A DNA stretch of 64,000 nt from Macrostomum lignano (Eukaryota), in contig NIVC01000440.1 in the NCBI GenBank assembly GCA_002269645.1, positions 434,001 to 498,000 on the forward strand, read 5' to 3'. Each line of letters starts with the position of its first letter. The stretch's first letter is position 1. Both the position numbers and the translations under genes were made by a program. The notes beneath the pieces are model-generated. The model was given only the letters and a program-made list of their open reading frames with translations. It was not told the origin of the DNA and searched no databases. This document shows, in pieces, positions 12,530 to 24,442 of the stretch.

Positions 12530-14482
12530 TCAGACAGCATTGGAGGCCGTCAGTGGAACCGTCTGCTGTCTGAACTGTCCGCACTGCGCCACGGTCGCGG
12601 CTTCGCCAACTCCGAGAGCAGTGGCTCGGCCGTTCGTGACGCTGGAGCTGGGCTCGCCGGAGCAGCGGCAGCAGGCCTGGCGCAGTCGGACTCGAAGCTC
12701 GTTGCGGATTTTCTGCCCGGAGGCGCAGTACAGCAGGAAGTTCACGCAGTGGTTGGAGTACATGCACAGGTGGGTGATGGCCTCAACCAGGCGGTAGCGA
12801 GAGTAGGAATGAATATTCTCGCTCAGAGCGGCGAGGTCAATGACCCCGGACAGGGTGGTCAGGATCTTCAGCAGGGTCACCGGAAACGAGGCGACAAAGT
12901 AGAACGTGGAGATGGAGAGGAGCAGGATGGTCACCTGCCGGACGCTCTCCTCGGCGTTTCGGTTCTTCCTGTTGGGATTCGGCGTCTCTCTGACTGCGGA
13001 TGTACTTGCCGATGACAGGCCTGCGAGAAGGGGAGCAAATAAAGAAGCAGATGGGCGTTGCACTTCAATTTCGCGGCAGACCGGCTATCGTTGCAAAATT
13101 CATTAGCGAGACAGCGGGAAGCTTTTCTTAGGGGATAGGGGATTAACGTCACGCGTGTCATTTCTAGACAGCTCGGTACTCTCAGACTTTGCCCAAGCCT
13201 TGGCTACCTTGACAGCGGCAGGGCAGCTCAACGGTAAACGCGTCCGACTCTCGCGCTGCGACCCCTGGTTCGATTCCGTACACCCTGAGTGAGCGTGTGT
13301 ATGAGCCTGCGTACAGTATGGGTGTGCTTGTGTGTCCTCAGGAGTCAGTGGAACGAGCACAACTGTCGTCAGCGCTGGTTGTGTGCCCGCAAAATATAAA
13401 AGTACATTTATGTACTCGAAAATATGCGGGTGGGGCCAAATCTTGTAAATCCAATCGTACAAGTAACTTCCCTTAAGAGCTCGACATTTGACTACGATAT
13501 AGTTTCACTGCCACTATTTGACCGCCGGTTTAGGTTAGGGTTAGGGGGGTTAGGGTTAGGGCTAGGGTTATGGAGGTTAGGGTTAGGGTTATGGAGGGTT
13601 AGGGGGGTTAGGGTTAGGGCTAGGGTTAGGGCTAGGGTTATGGAGGGTTAGGGCTAGGGTTAGAGCTAGGGTTATGGAGGGTTAGGGGGTTAGGGTTAGG
13701 GTTAGGGCTAGGGTTATGGAGGGTTAATTGATGGCAATCAAACATCGTGGTGACTCACCAGACTGATGCTGGCAGTTGCGGCCTTGGCTGGCGTTGAGCC
13801 TCTGCTGCCGGCGCACCCGGGCTCTGCGCAGCTGGCAGATGGTGACAATGTTGCAGGAGAAGATCACAAGCAGAGGCAGAATGAAGTACAGCACGGCGTC
13901 AAGAATGCTGATTGGTCCGGTCAGGTGTTCAGCTTCCGGTTTGATGTCACAGGAGTCGTACAAAACCGTATCGTTCTGACCCGAGTGCGGTCGCCTTTCC
14001 AAGATGAAGAACCAGTAGGAGTTGATGAGGCCGCTGAAGACTAGGATGGCTGTGAGGATGAGTCGCATCCGCTTTGAAGACTGAAAGCTGGCGGCCTTCA
14101 GCGGGAAAGAGATGACCAGGGCTCGCTCCAAGGAGACCACGCTGATCAGCAGCGCGGAGAAGTAGCTGGAGAAGTAGGACACGAACTTGTTCCCCAGGCA
14201 ACAGGCCAGGCACTGTAGCTCGATGCTGAACCCAAAGAACTGCTGCAGCCAGCGGTTGAGCAGGCTAGACGTGAGCACTAGCTGGTCGGCCAGCCCCAGC
14301 ACAACCAGGTACTTGTTGGCCACATTGGTTCGGCACTTTGGTAGCAGCAGCCAGATTAGCAGAGCGTTACCAAAAGTGCCAACCAAGAATAGGAAGGGGT
14401 CGGCGAACCAGTGGATCCACTTGTACAGCCGGTACTCGCGAGTATTGGCGTACAGTTCCATCTCGTAGGTGGCCAAGTGCAT
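12530..14482 (-). CDS. Class A (rhodopsin-like) GPCR, FMRFamide/peptide-receptor-like, 404 aa, 2 coding exons
   Basis: Exons 14482-13759 and 13020-12530 (phase 1 GT-AG intron; 1215 nt). TM1 GTFGNALL, TM2 LGLADQLVL, TM3 SLERALVISFPL, TM5 YFILPLLVIFSCN, TM6 FYFVASFP, TM7 SNHCVNFLLY, helix 8 SGQKIRNEL. Confidence 0.9.
13530..13725. repeat. Degenerate telomere-like (TTAGGG/CTAGGG) repeat in the GPCR intron
   Basis: GGTTAGGG, GGCTAGGG and TTATGGAGGG units seen directly. Confidence 0.9.
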
Positions 14483-17400
14483 TGTTGTGACAGACGGACC
14501 GATTTTCAAAAAATAAAATTGGATGTTCAGCGTTCGTGTGCTGCGGCCGTTGGGTTGCCAGGAGAGCTTCAGCTGATTCTAGGTCTGATGAAGCTGTGAG
14601 AAGGCCCCCCGCGGACTGCTTGCTCCGATGTGGCTGGCTGGAGCGCTGCAGCCAATGGGGACCTCAAACTGAATAAGAGATGGGAAGCTGAAGCAGAAAA
14701 GCGTTGTTGCACTCGAGAAATTTCAGCGGTTCTTGCTGTTCAGCAGCCGATCTTTTCTATCGCAGAAGAGTTCAGCGTCCTTTCCCTGCCAGCCTGAAGT
14801 GTTGGCAAAATATCATGGGCTTTTGTCCGGGTGCCGGTCTGCATCGTGGCGCATTGCTTTTCAAACCGTTTAAAGCATTACTGCAGCCGCTGACAGACCA
14901 TCGCGAAGGGGCCGCAGGGGAGAGGGGAGTTCTGGGCGCTGCATGATCTGCATGACCTGCACAGAATCTGGACTAACGAACCGATATGGCACAGTAATCC
15001 CCTCTGCTAAGTGACCCTTCACCAATGCAAGCTCAATTCCGACTCAAATTTGACAAATTGGACTATTTGCAGAAATAGTTTGCGTAACTGCTAGGCCAAG
15101 GCTTTGTGGTACATGCGATTGAAGTTCTAGCTTGCTGCGCATGCAGTCTCTTTTATTGTCTGTCCAAAGTTGATCCTCAAGTTTATTACGCGGTCGTGTG
15201 GCCTCGCGATTAAGCCACTAGTTTGTTTCTTTAGTTGCTTAAATGGACTAACTGGTTTGATTGGTAGTTGCTGCCACCAGGTTCCTGAGGTTCCTAATCT
15301 TAGTACTTAGCAACTGATTGAGACAGGAACGGTCCAACAGAATGTGATAAAGTTATTTTCAGTAAATAAGAGGTTTTGAACATTAACTTCCCTATTATTT
15401 CCTGCTTTAGGAGCCGTTTGGGCGTGATTCCCAATTTACTAGGGCATGACTCCTCTCGTGAAATCTAGTTTTCTATGTTCTATTTCCAACTTTCAACTTA
15501 TAGTTAAAAAGTTAAAAGTTTTTAAGGGTCGGGAGACGACATTTTTTTCATTTGATAAGTTGGGCCAAAAATATTTACCCTGCGCTTCAGCCCTAGGGAG
15601 GGCTCCTACGCAAATATTATATTTTAGGCTCAGTGTTCATAATAAATTTAGTCCAATTATGAGCGATTGAGAAGAAACGCATCAAATAAGAGATGAAGAT
15701 TAAAAGATAAAACGACGAAAGATCGAAGGTCAAGAGGCTAAAACAAATAATGAAGAAATAAGAGGTGACGATGGCCTAAAACAAATTAGAAGAATTTAAA
15801 ACAAATATTGGGGATATAACTATACATAAAACAAATAGGTGAATTTAGAAATATATAATAAAACATTATTTCAATAAAGCTAATGTATAAAACTAACACA
15901 AATAACTTAAAGTGCAAAGTATATTCAGTGGCAAAATTGTTCCCAAGAGATAAAATTATAGCCTCAATGGTTGATTTATTGATTTTCTGTTCGAACAGAG
16001 TCAGTCAGTCTAAAAATCCTTATTATGAAGGATTCCAACTAATGCAACCTAACCATACATAAACTAGAATCCCAATCGGGGAAAACCAATTAAATCTACT
16101 AAAAGGTGCAAAATATAGATCCCTAATTAAGGCAAAAGCGGCCAGCCTAGTGATATTCCTAGAATAGCCCAGGGCAACCTCCGTAGACTAAAGACTGTTC
16201 GACCAAAAAAGCACAAATAAAAATAAATAATATACAGTGATTAGAACATGTAGTGTAAGTAAGGTGAACATAAAACTAAAAAACTAATACTGTCCATCCG
16301 TATTAAATCACAGAGTAATAAAGCGTACCCACCCCGGTGGGAGATGCGCAACGCGGATTTTTCCCAAATAATTATTTAATGTATTCAAGTTTTCAACTCC
16401 GTCTATTAAGGGTCGGGAGACGACAGAAGCCCATCTGCTCTTTACTTGTAAGGTATCCCGCAAGATCTAACTAACCTAATTACTGATGTTTCCGCAACTG
16501 GAAGCTACTATCAATAGCGTTAAAGCAAATTCACTGTGATTAAACTATGCCCAAACTAAAAATTGCAAGTTAAATTTGCGTTGTTCTCCTGTTGTCTCTT
16601 ATTAGTGTCGGGAAGTGTAAAATATTGTTCTGTACCATATTCTCTACAAGCACACAGCTAGCGGGCTGCCAAAGGTAGATACTGGGATAAGCTATAGCTA
16701 TGTTCATCTGATCAGCCCATGCTCCCTGAACTGAGGGTCGAACTGCCACTCATCCAACCATATAAGGCAGCAACATCCCCCTCTTCTCCATCTCCAGCTG
16801 CGGCCGCTGTTGCAGCAATCACATCCTGTTTTCCGTAATTACTAAGGGCTTTCGCTGCTGCTGTCGCTGCCCATGGACTTCTAGCGTGTCTGGGAGAGGA
16901 GCTCCGACTGACGGCAAACACGCCATTTTTATCCTAATGGGTTACATTTAAGTGCAGAGTATGCAGCCCCTGCATGGACAGTTCAAGTAGGACTTTCCAC
17001 TTGATTCAATTTCGTTAGAAGGCGACGAGGCGACGTATCTTGGCCGTGTCTTAGTATGCTCAAGAGAAATCGAATTTTTCTCCCCCAATTTCGTCTATGG
17101 CTAAACCCGATACGCCAAATGCACGTTCCCTACCAGAAGTCAGCCCATTTCTAAGAAATGAATTGTAGCAACCTTCTGAGCCGAGCCCTAGGACTGCACC
17201 GCGTGATGCAAAACATTTTCCATTCCAGTTGGCTAGTTTCTATAGTAGTCCTTGGTCCTAGCCACAGCTGACGCTTGGATTGGACGCAGGAACTTCTGGT
17301 CTTGACCAGAAGAGCGGAGAGCGGAGCTGCGCGACCTTGCCTGAAACTATTCGAGATGAGATAAACAGAACCCCCCCCGCCCCAGCTCCATCAATCTCCA

Positions 17401-17695
17401 GTCTAATAGCTGTGCCACCCACTTGCACCAGCAGTCGCTCTTTATCTGAACATGGATGAGCGGGGAGAATTCGGCTGTTGCACAGATTTTATTACACCAG
17501 CCATAGCTGCATATATACAATATAAGATAAGGATTTGGTGGCAGTCTGGAGGAGTCCCGGCAGCAGCTGAAGTGTGTTTATTATTGCAGGTATGCCGCGC
17601 GATGAGGACACTCGATGCTATCCTATGCTATATTTGATGCTTAAATACTCGTAGCCTAAATATGCACACTTGGCCCGGCTGTATATATAGTGGGG

Positions 17696-19339
17696 ATGCT
17701 TGGCAAGGACTGTGGGCTGCGCCAGGTTCCAGTGATGCGGCTATGCAGACTCCGACTGGCTGTCTGCCTCGGCCTGGTGGTCACTTGCTGGCTGCTGTGG
17801 CGACGCGCAGGAAACAGCAGCAATAATAGCGACAGAGAAGTCTGCATAGCAACCAGCTTCAAAGCTTTGAAACTCGCCGGCTGGTCCGGGGACGTCCGCA
17901 GAGATTCATTTCAGACCAGGTCGGCGGCCGTGGACTGGGACCGACTGTCCGACGCCTGCCAGTCAGAACTGGCACCTGATGAAGGCCATCGCGCAGCCGG
18001 GCCAGTTCCCGAACGCTGCTTTGTTGAGAAGCTGAGCCGGCCGGTCAGGCTCAAGGCGATGCAGCAGCTGGGCCGGCTGGCAGATGAGCTGGAGAGGGCC
18101 GGCGTGGACTTCTACCTGGACATGGGCACCGCTCTGGGCGCCCTGCGCCACTTGGAGATGATCCCTTACGATGAGGATATCGATTTGAGGATTGATGAGG
18201 AGCAGAAAGCGGCAGCCAAGATCGTGCTGGAGAAGCTGAGGTACAAGTGGCCCGGTATGCTGTTCCAGGACACCGAGTGGCTCAATCAGCACTGGAAGGT
18301 GCACCTGAGGGACATTCTCGACCCTGTGCTGGACAGGTGATCATGCTGTGGTAATAGGGATATGGAGCTTCAGTTGCAGAGCTGTTTCGCCTGTTTTACT
18401 TCTTGAAAGCGTTTCCTTCCCTAACAACCCGCTGCTTCCCCCTAGCAACCCGTTGCTTGACCCTAGCAACCCGCTGCTTCCCCGTAGCAACCCGTTGCTT
18501 GACCCTAACAGCCCATTACTTGACCCTAGCAACCCGTTGCTTGACCCTAGCAACCTGTTGCTTGACCCTAGCAACCCGTTGCTTGACCCTAGCAACCCGC
18601 TGCCTCCTCCCAGTAAAATTGGCGCCTAGGATAATGTAACTGCCCCCTAGCAACCCGTTGCTTGACCCTAGCAACCCGCTGCTTCCCCGTAGCAACCCGT
18701 TGCTTGACCCTAGCAACCCGCTGCTTCCCCGTAGCAACCCGTTGCTTGACCCTAACAGCCCATTACTTGACCCTAGCAACCCGTTGCTTGACCCTAGCAA
18801 CCTGTTGCTTGACCCTAGCAACCCGCTGCCTCCTCCCAGTAAAATTGGCGCCTAGGATAATGTACCTGCCCCTAGCAACCCTAGCAACACACCAATCTCG
18901 CTGTCGCACTCATTGCTCACATCGCTACCCACGCAGACCCGTGGCCATAGACATTTTCTTCTACCAACTGAATCGAACCACGGACCAACTGCTGATCCGC
19001 GAGCCGCCATTCAGCTTCCCCATTGGGGATATTTTTCCCACCAGGCGGCGTCCATTCCATGGCCGGTGGTACCGCACGCCCAACTCAATCGAGTCGATGA
19101 TAGTGGGATATTTTCCCAACAGCAGCCTGGCCGAATGCGTCTATTATTTGCACGATGACTCGCCGTTCGCCAGCTGCAGCAGGCCCGTGGTGCCCTGCCG
19201 AGCCCTGGCTGACAGGTTCGACTTCGCCAGCACCATTCAGCTGGGCAGCGGCCAGCTGCAGCTGCTCAGAGCTGCCGCGGCTGCCGGGAGATGGCGGGCC
19301 GCCGGACTGGCGTATGTGGCCGGGGCCGACCGACTCTGA
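17696..19339 (+). CDS. LicD/fukutin-related nucleotidyltransferase-fold type II membrane protein, ~347 aa, 2 exons
   Basis: Exons 17696-18336 and 18937-19339 (phase 2; 1044 nt). N-terminal anchor LAVCLGLVVTCWLLW; LicD motif GTALGALRHLEMIPYDEDIDL; second-exon motifs AIDIFFY and DIFPTRRRPFHG..Y.TP. Alternative ATG at 17735. Confidence 0.85.
18418..18890. repeat. 21-bp repeat (CCCTAGCAACCCGTTGCTTGA) with a 226-bp higher-order duplication
   Basis: The non-repeat spacer CCTCCTCCCAGTAAAATTGGCGCCTAGGATAATGTA occurs at 18603 and 18829. Confidence 0.93.
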
Positions 19340-19349
19340 CACTGCTGGG

Positions 19350-19430
19350 TGGACTGACAGATGGACAGACAGACAGACAGACAGACAGCCAGACAGACAG
19401 ACATACAGACACTAAGACATCAAGGCACTA

Positions 19431-19463
<33 letters not shown>

Positions 19464-19515
19464 CTAAAACAGGCAGACAGACAGACACTAAGACAGACAG
19501 ACACACAGAGACAAG
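19350..19515. repeat. (GACA)n microsatellite, degenerate
   Basis: Seen directly. Confidence 0.9.
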
Positions 19516-20004
19516 ATAGGCAATGCATTTGTATCTACCTATTTAAATATGATTCAGTAAAATTGTCAGCTATGTCACTATTCCTGAGCCAGCAATAAAG
19601 CACAGTGAATGATAACTCAATAATGTTCGATAGCAGACATTTTTAATACTCTTTGAAGCTTTCCAATTCATTCACTTGAGCCAGCCAACCCCAGTGCACA
19701 CGAGTCCTGCCCAGTCATGGCGTGGCTTTACTGTACTGCACTTGTGATAAGAATATGAGTATAATTAAAAATTTAATTGCCAAGTCGGATTAAGCCGGCA
19801 ACCCGCATCCTACTGGAGGCGCTGACCGCTGACGCCAGAGAGGCGTCGGGAAATGACTCGGGAAAATTGGATAGTTGAATAATTATTAGGAATCATTCAT
19901 AACTATCTACCTAAATATGGAATCTCTTGTATGCGTACATATAACGCTGTAATTCTTGGCTAGAATTATAATACTGTTACTGTGAGTCATATAATGGCCC
20001 TTAT

Positions 20005-21180
20005 CCTAGAATGCATGACCACTAGCACTGACCCCAGCCTAGAATGCATGACCACTAGCACTATGACCCCAGCCTAGAATGCATGACCACTAGCACTATG
20101 ACCCCAGCCTAGAATGCATGACCACTAGCACTATGACCCCAGCCTAGAATGCATGATCACTAGCACTATGACCCCAGCCTAGAATGCATGACCACTAGCA
20201 CTATGACCCCAGCCTAGAATGCATGATCACTAGCACTATGACCCCAGCCTAGAATGCATGACCACTAGCACTATGACCCCAGCCTAGAATGCATGATCAC
20301 TAGCACTATGACCCCAGCCTAGAATGCATGATCACTAGCACTATGACCCCAGCCTAGAATGCATGACCACTAGCACTATGACCCCAGCCTAGAATGCATG
20401 ATCACTAGCACTATGACCCCAGCCTAGAATGCATGACCACTAGCACTATGACCCCAGCCTAGAATGCATGATCACTAGCACTATGACCCCAGCCTAGAAT
20501 GCATGATCACTAGCACTATGACCCCAGCCTAGAATGCATGACCACTAGCACTATGACCCCAGCCTAGAATGCATGATCACTAGCACTATGACCCCAGCCT
20601 AGAATGCATGATCACTAGCACTATGACCCCAGCCTAGAATGCATGACCACTAGCACTATGACCCCAGCCTAGAATGCATGATCACTAGCACTATGACCCC
20701 AGCCTAGAATGCATGACCACTAGCACTATGACCCCAGCCTAGAATGCATGATCACTAGCACTATGACCCCAGCCTAGAATGCATGATCACTAGCACTATG
20801 ACCCCAGCCTAGAATGCATGACCACTAGCACTATGACCCCAGCCTAGAATGCATGATCACTAGCACTATGACCCCAGCCTAGAATGCATGATCACTAGCA
20901 CTATGACCCCAGCCTAGAATGCATGACCACTAGCACTATGACCCCAGCCTAGAATGCATGATCACTAGCACTATGACCCCAGCCTAGAATGCATGATCAC
21001 TAGCACTATGACCCCAGCCTAGAATGCATGATCACTAGCACTATGACCCCAGCCTAGAATGCATGATCACTAGCACTATGACCCCAGCCTAGAATGCATG
21101 ATCACTAGCACTATGACCCCAGCCTAGAATGCATGATCACTAGCACTATGACCCCAGCCTAGAATGCATGATCACTAGGA
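20005..21180. repeat. 35-bp tandem repeat (CCTAGAATGCATGAYCACTAGCACTATGACCCCAG), ~33 copies
   Basis: Near-identical units with one C/T variant position; no spacers. Confidence 0.97.
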
Positions 21181-21635
21181 TGACCACAATCTCTATCGTT
21201 TTATCTCTATCTCTAATCAAGCTCTATTTCTACCGCTCCGATCTCATTATCTCTACCTCTATCAAGTAGGTGCTCAGTTCTATCACTACTACACTATGCA
21301 GGCTTCATCAGTATGTGACGCAGGGCCGTTACTCCCAGATAAAAGTAGAGAGCAGAGTGTGATGGATATTAGATTAGACCAGCAGACAGTGACAGAGTAC
21401 ATGTACAAGAGTGCGAATTTTGCCTGCCAATATGACATATACTGTAACTGTATTAGCAGCGCTATCTGTGGCATTACACACGCTTGCCCGCCGGACACTG
21501 CCAAGCCTCACAAGCAGTATTACTTTAAGTGGGTTTTCACGATAAAAAATATTCTCGTGCTAAGGAAGTAAGTAAAGACTATAAGCTAGGCAAAAATTGA
21601 TCAATACATTGTAGCGGGGAATTGTGCGGTGGGCA

Positions 21636-23160
21636 GGCATCTGACGGGCAAATATCTGACAGGCAAGCATCTGACAGGCAAGCATCTGACAGGCAAGCAT
21701 CTGACAGGCAAGCATCTGACAGACAAGCATCTGACAGGCAAGCATCTGACATGCAAGCATCTGACAGGCAAGCATCTGACAGGCAAGCATCTGACAGCAA
21801 ATATCTGACGGGCAAGCATCTGACAGGCAAGCATCTGACGGGCAAATATCTGACAGGCAAGCATCTGACGGGCAAGCATCTGACAGGCAAGCATCTGACA
21901 GACAAGCATCTGACGGGCAAATATCTGACAGGCAAATATCTGACAGACAAACATCTGACAGGCAAGCATCTGACAGGCAAGCATCTGACAGACAAGCATC
22001 TGACAGGCAAGCATCTGACGGGCAAGCATCTGACAGACAAGCATCTGACAGCAAACATCTGACAGGCAAGCATCTGACAGACAAGCATCTGACAGGCAAG
22101 CATCTGACGGGCAAATATCTGACAGGCAAGCATCTGACGGGCAAGCATCTGACAGGCAAGCATCTGACAGACAAGCATCTGACGGGCAAATATCTGACAG
22201 GCAAATATCTGACAGACAAACATCTGACAGGCAAGCATCTGACAGGCAAGCATCTGACGGGCAAGCATCTGACAGACAAGCATCTGACAGCAAATATCTG
22301 ACAGGCAAGCATCTGACAGACAAGCATCTGACAGGCAAGCATCTGACAGCAAATATCTGACGGGCAAGCATCTGACAGGCAAGCATCTGACGGGCAAATA
22401 TCTGACAGGCAAGCATCTGACGGGCAAGCATCTGACAGGCAAGCATCTGACAGACAAGCATCTGACGGGCAAATATCTGACAGGCAAATATCTGACAGAC
22501 AAACATCTGACAGGCAAGCATCTGACAGGCAAGCATCTGACAGACAAGCATCTGACAGGCAAGCATCTGACGGGCAAGCATCTGACAGACAAGCATCTGA
22601 CAGCAAATATCTGACAGGCAAGCATCTGACAGACAAGCATCTGACGGGCAAGCATCTGACGGGCAAGCATCTGACAGGCAAGCATCTGACGGGCAAGCAT
22701 CTGACAGGCAAGCATCTGACAGGCAAGCATCTGACAGGCAAGCATCTGACAGGCAAGCATCTGACAGACAAGCATCTGACGGGCAAATATCTGACAGGCA
22801 AGCATCTGACAGACAAGCATCTGACATGCAAAAATCTGACAGGCAAGCATCTGACAGGCAAGCATCTGACAGACAAGCATCTGACGGGCAAATATCTGAC
22901 AGACAAGCATCTGACAGACAAGCATCTGACATGCAAATATCTGACAGGCAAGCATCTGACAGACAAGCATCTGACGGGCAAATATCTGACAGACAAGCAT
23001 CTGACATGCAAATATCTGACAGGCAAGCATCTGACAGGCAAGCATCTGACATGCAAGCATCTGACATGCAAGCATCTGACATGCAAGCATCTGACATGCA
23101 AGCATCTGACAGACAAGCATCTGACAAGCAAGCATCTAAAAGGCAAGCATCTGACAGGCA
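21636..23160. repeat. 15-bp tandem repeat (GCAAGCATCTGACAG) with 14-bp variants
   Basis: Seen directly; explains ORFs 21560-23284. Confidence 0.97.
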
Positions 23161-23589
23161 AACACCCCAATCTAAATGTTTGGTAAAGTAAAGTCAAGTC
23201 AGAAAATAACAGCCATTGAGGTTTCAATGGTAATACGCTAAACAGAATGCCGGAGTCAATATTCATGCATATATTGGTGAACACACAGGTTTATATAAGG
23301 AGCTGACCAAGCTAATATGATTTGTTGTTTTCTGAAACAGCAAATTTTCATAAGACAGCATTCCGATATTTTAAAACTAATGCTACTACTTGAACCTCAG
23401 TCAAACAGTAGTAGAGTGAGATGATAGAAATTGAAATTTGTTTTCGAACGATCACGCTTACTTATTTGACTCGCAATATATGAATAATGTAATAACAACA
23501 CGATGAAACCTACCATTTTATGTAGCACTGGGTGTTGCTGGGACGACAAATTAAAAACCACACACGTAACCAAGTTTAGAACTCTGAAT

Positions 23590-24260
23590 GATTAATTATC
23601 CCCATCTAGTCTGAATGGGAGAATTATCCCCACCCAGCCTGTATGGGAGAATTATCCCCATCTAGCCTGTATGGGAGAATTATCCCCAATTAGTCTAAAT
23701 GGGAGAATTATCCCCACCCAGCCTGTATGGGAGAATTATCCCCATCTAGCCTGTATGGGAGAATTATCCCCAATTAGTCTAAATGGGAGAATTATCCTCA
23801 TCTAGCCTGCATGGGAGAATTATCCTCATCTAGCCTGCATGGGAGAAATGTCCTCATCTAGCCTGCATGTGAGAATTATCCTCATCTAGCCTGCATGGGA
23901 GAATTGTCCTCATCTAGCCTGCATGTGAGAATTATCCTCATCTAGCCTGCATGGGAGAATTGTCCTCATCTAGCCTGCATGTGAGAATTATCCTCATCTA
24001 GCCTGCATGTGAGAATTATCCTCATCTAGCCTGCATGGGAGAATTATCCCCATCCAATCTGAATGGGAGAATTGTCCTCATCTAGCCTGCATTGAGAGAA
24101 TTATCCTCATCTAGCCTGCATAGGAGAATTATCCCCATCCAATCTGAATGGGAGAATTGTCCTCATCTAGCCTGAATGGGAGAATTATCCTCACCCAGCC
24201 TGTATAGGAGAATTATCCCCATCCAATCTGAATGGGAGAATTGTCCTCATCTAGCCTGCA
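23590..24260. repeat. 28-bp tandem repeat (GGGAGAATTATCCTCATCTAGCCTGCAT)
   Basis: Seen directly, downstream of the SPT5 stop. Confidence 0.95.
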
Positions 24261-24442
24261 CGATTTAATTTTCTTAACCCAGACCAGAAATAAGCAATAG
24301 TTTATCTTTAAGCAACATAAAAATGAAATTCAACAATGCAGACACATGAAAAGTGCAACTCCCAACAAAGAACAACAGCAATGCACAGGCCCAGAAACTA
24401 AAGTCCTCTGTTTTAGGTCAGGTGCAGAAGTGAGTCTAATGC

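Noticed and set aside
15520-16430. Direct repeat TAAGGGTCGGGAGACGACA at ~15523 and ~16408 flanking AT-rich DNA
   Set aside because: Too short for LTRs; no TSD or coding remnant identified.
16712-16921. GC-rich Ala-rich short ORF
   Set aside because: No motif and no convincing splice partners; possibly UTR.
20005-21180. CRISPR-like 35-bp repeats (also the 31- and 33-bp arrays)
   Set aside because: Head-to-tail units with no unique spacers, no cas genes, eukaryotic context.
21560-23284. 500+ aa Cys-rich ORFs in several frames
   Set aside because: They arise from a stop-free 15-bp satellite; no splice or start support.
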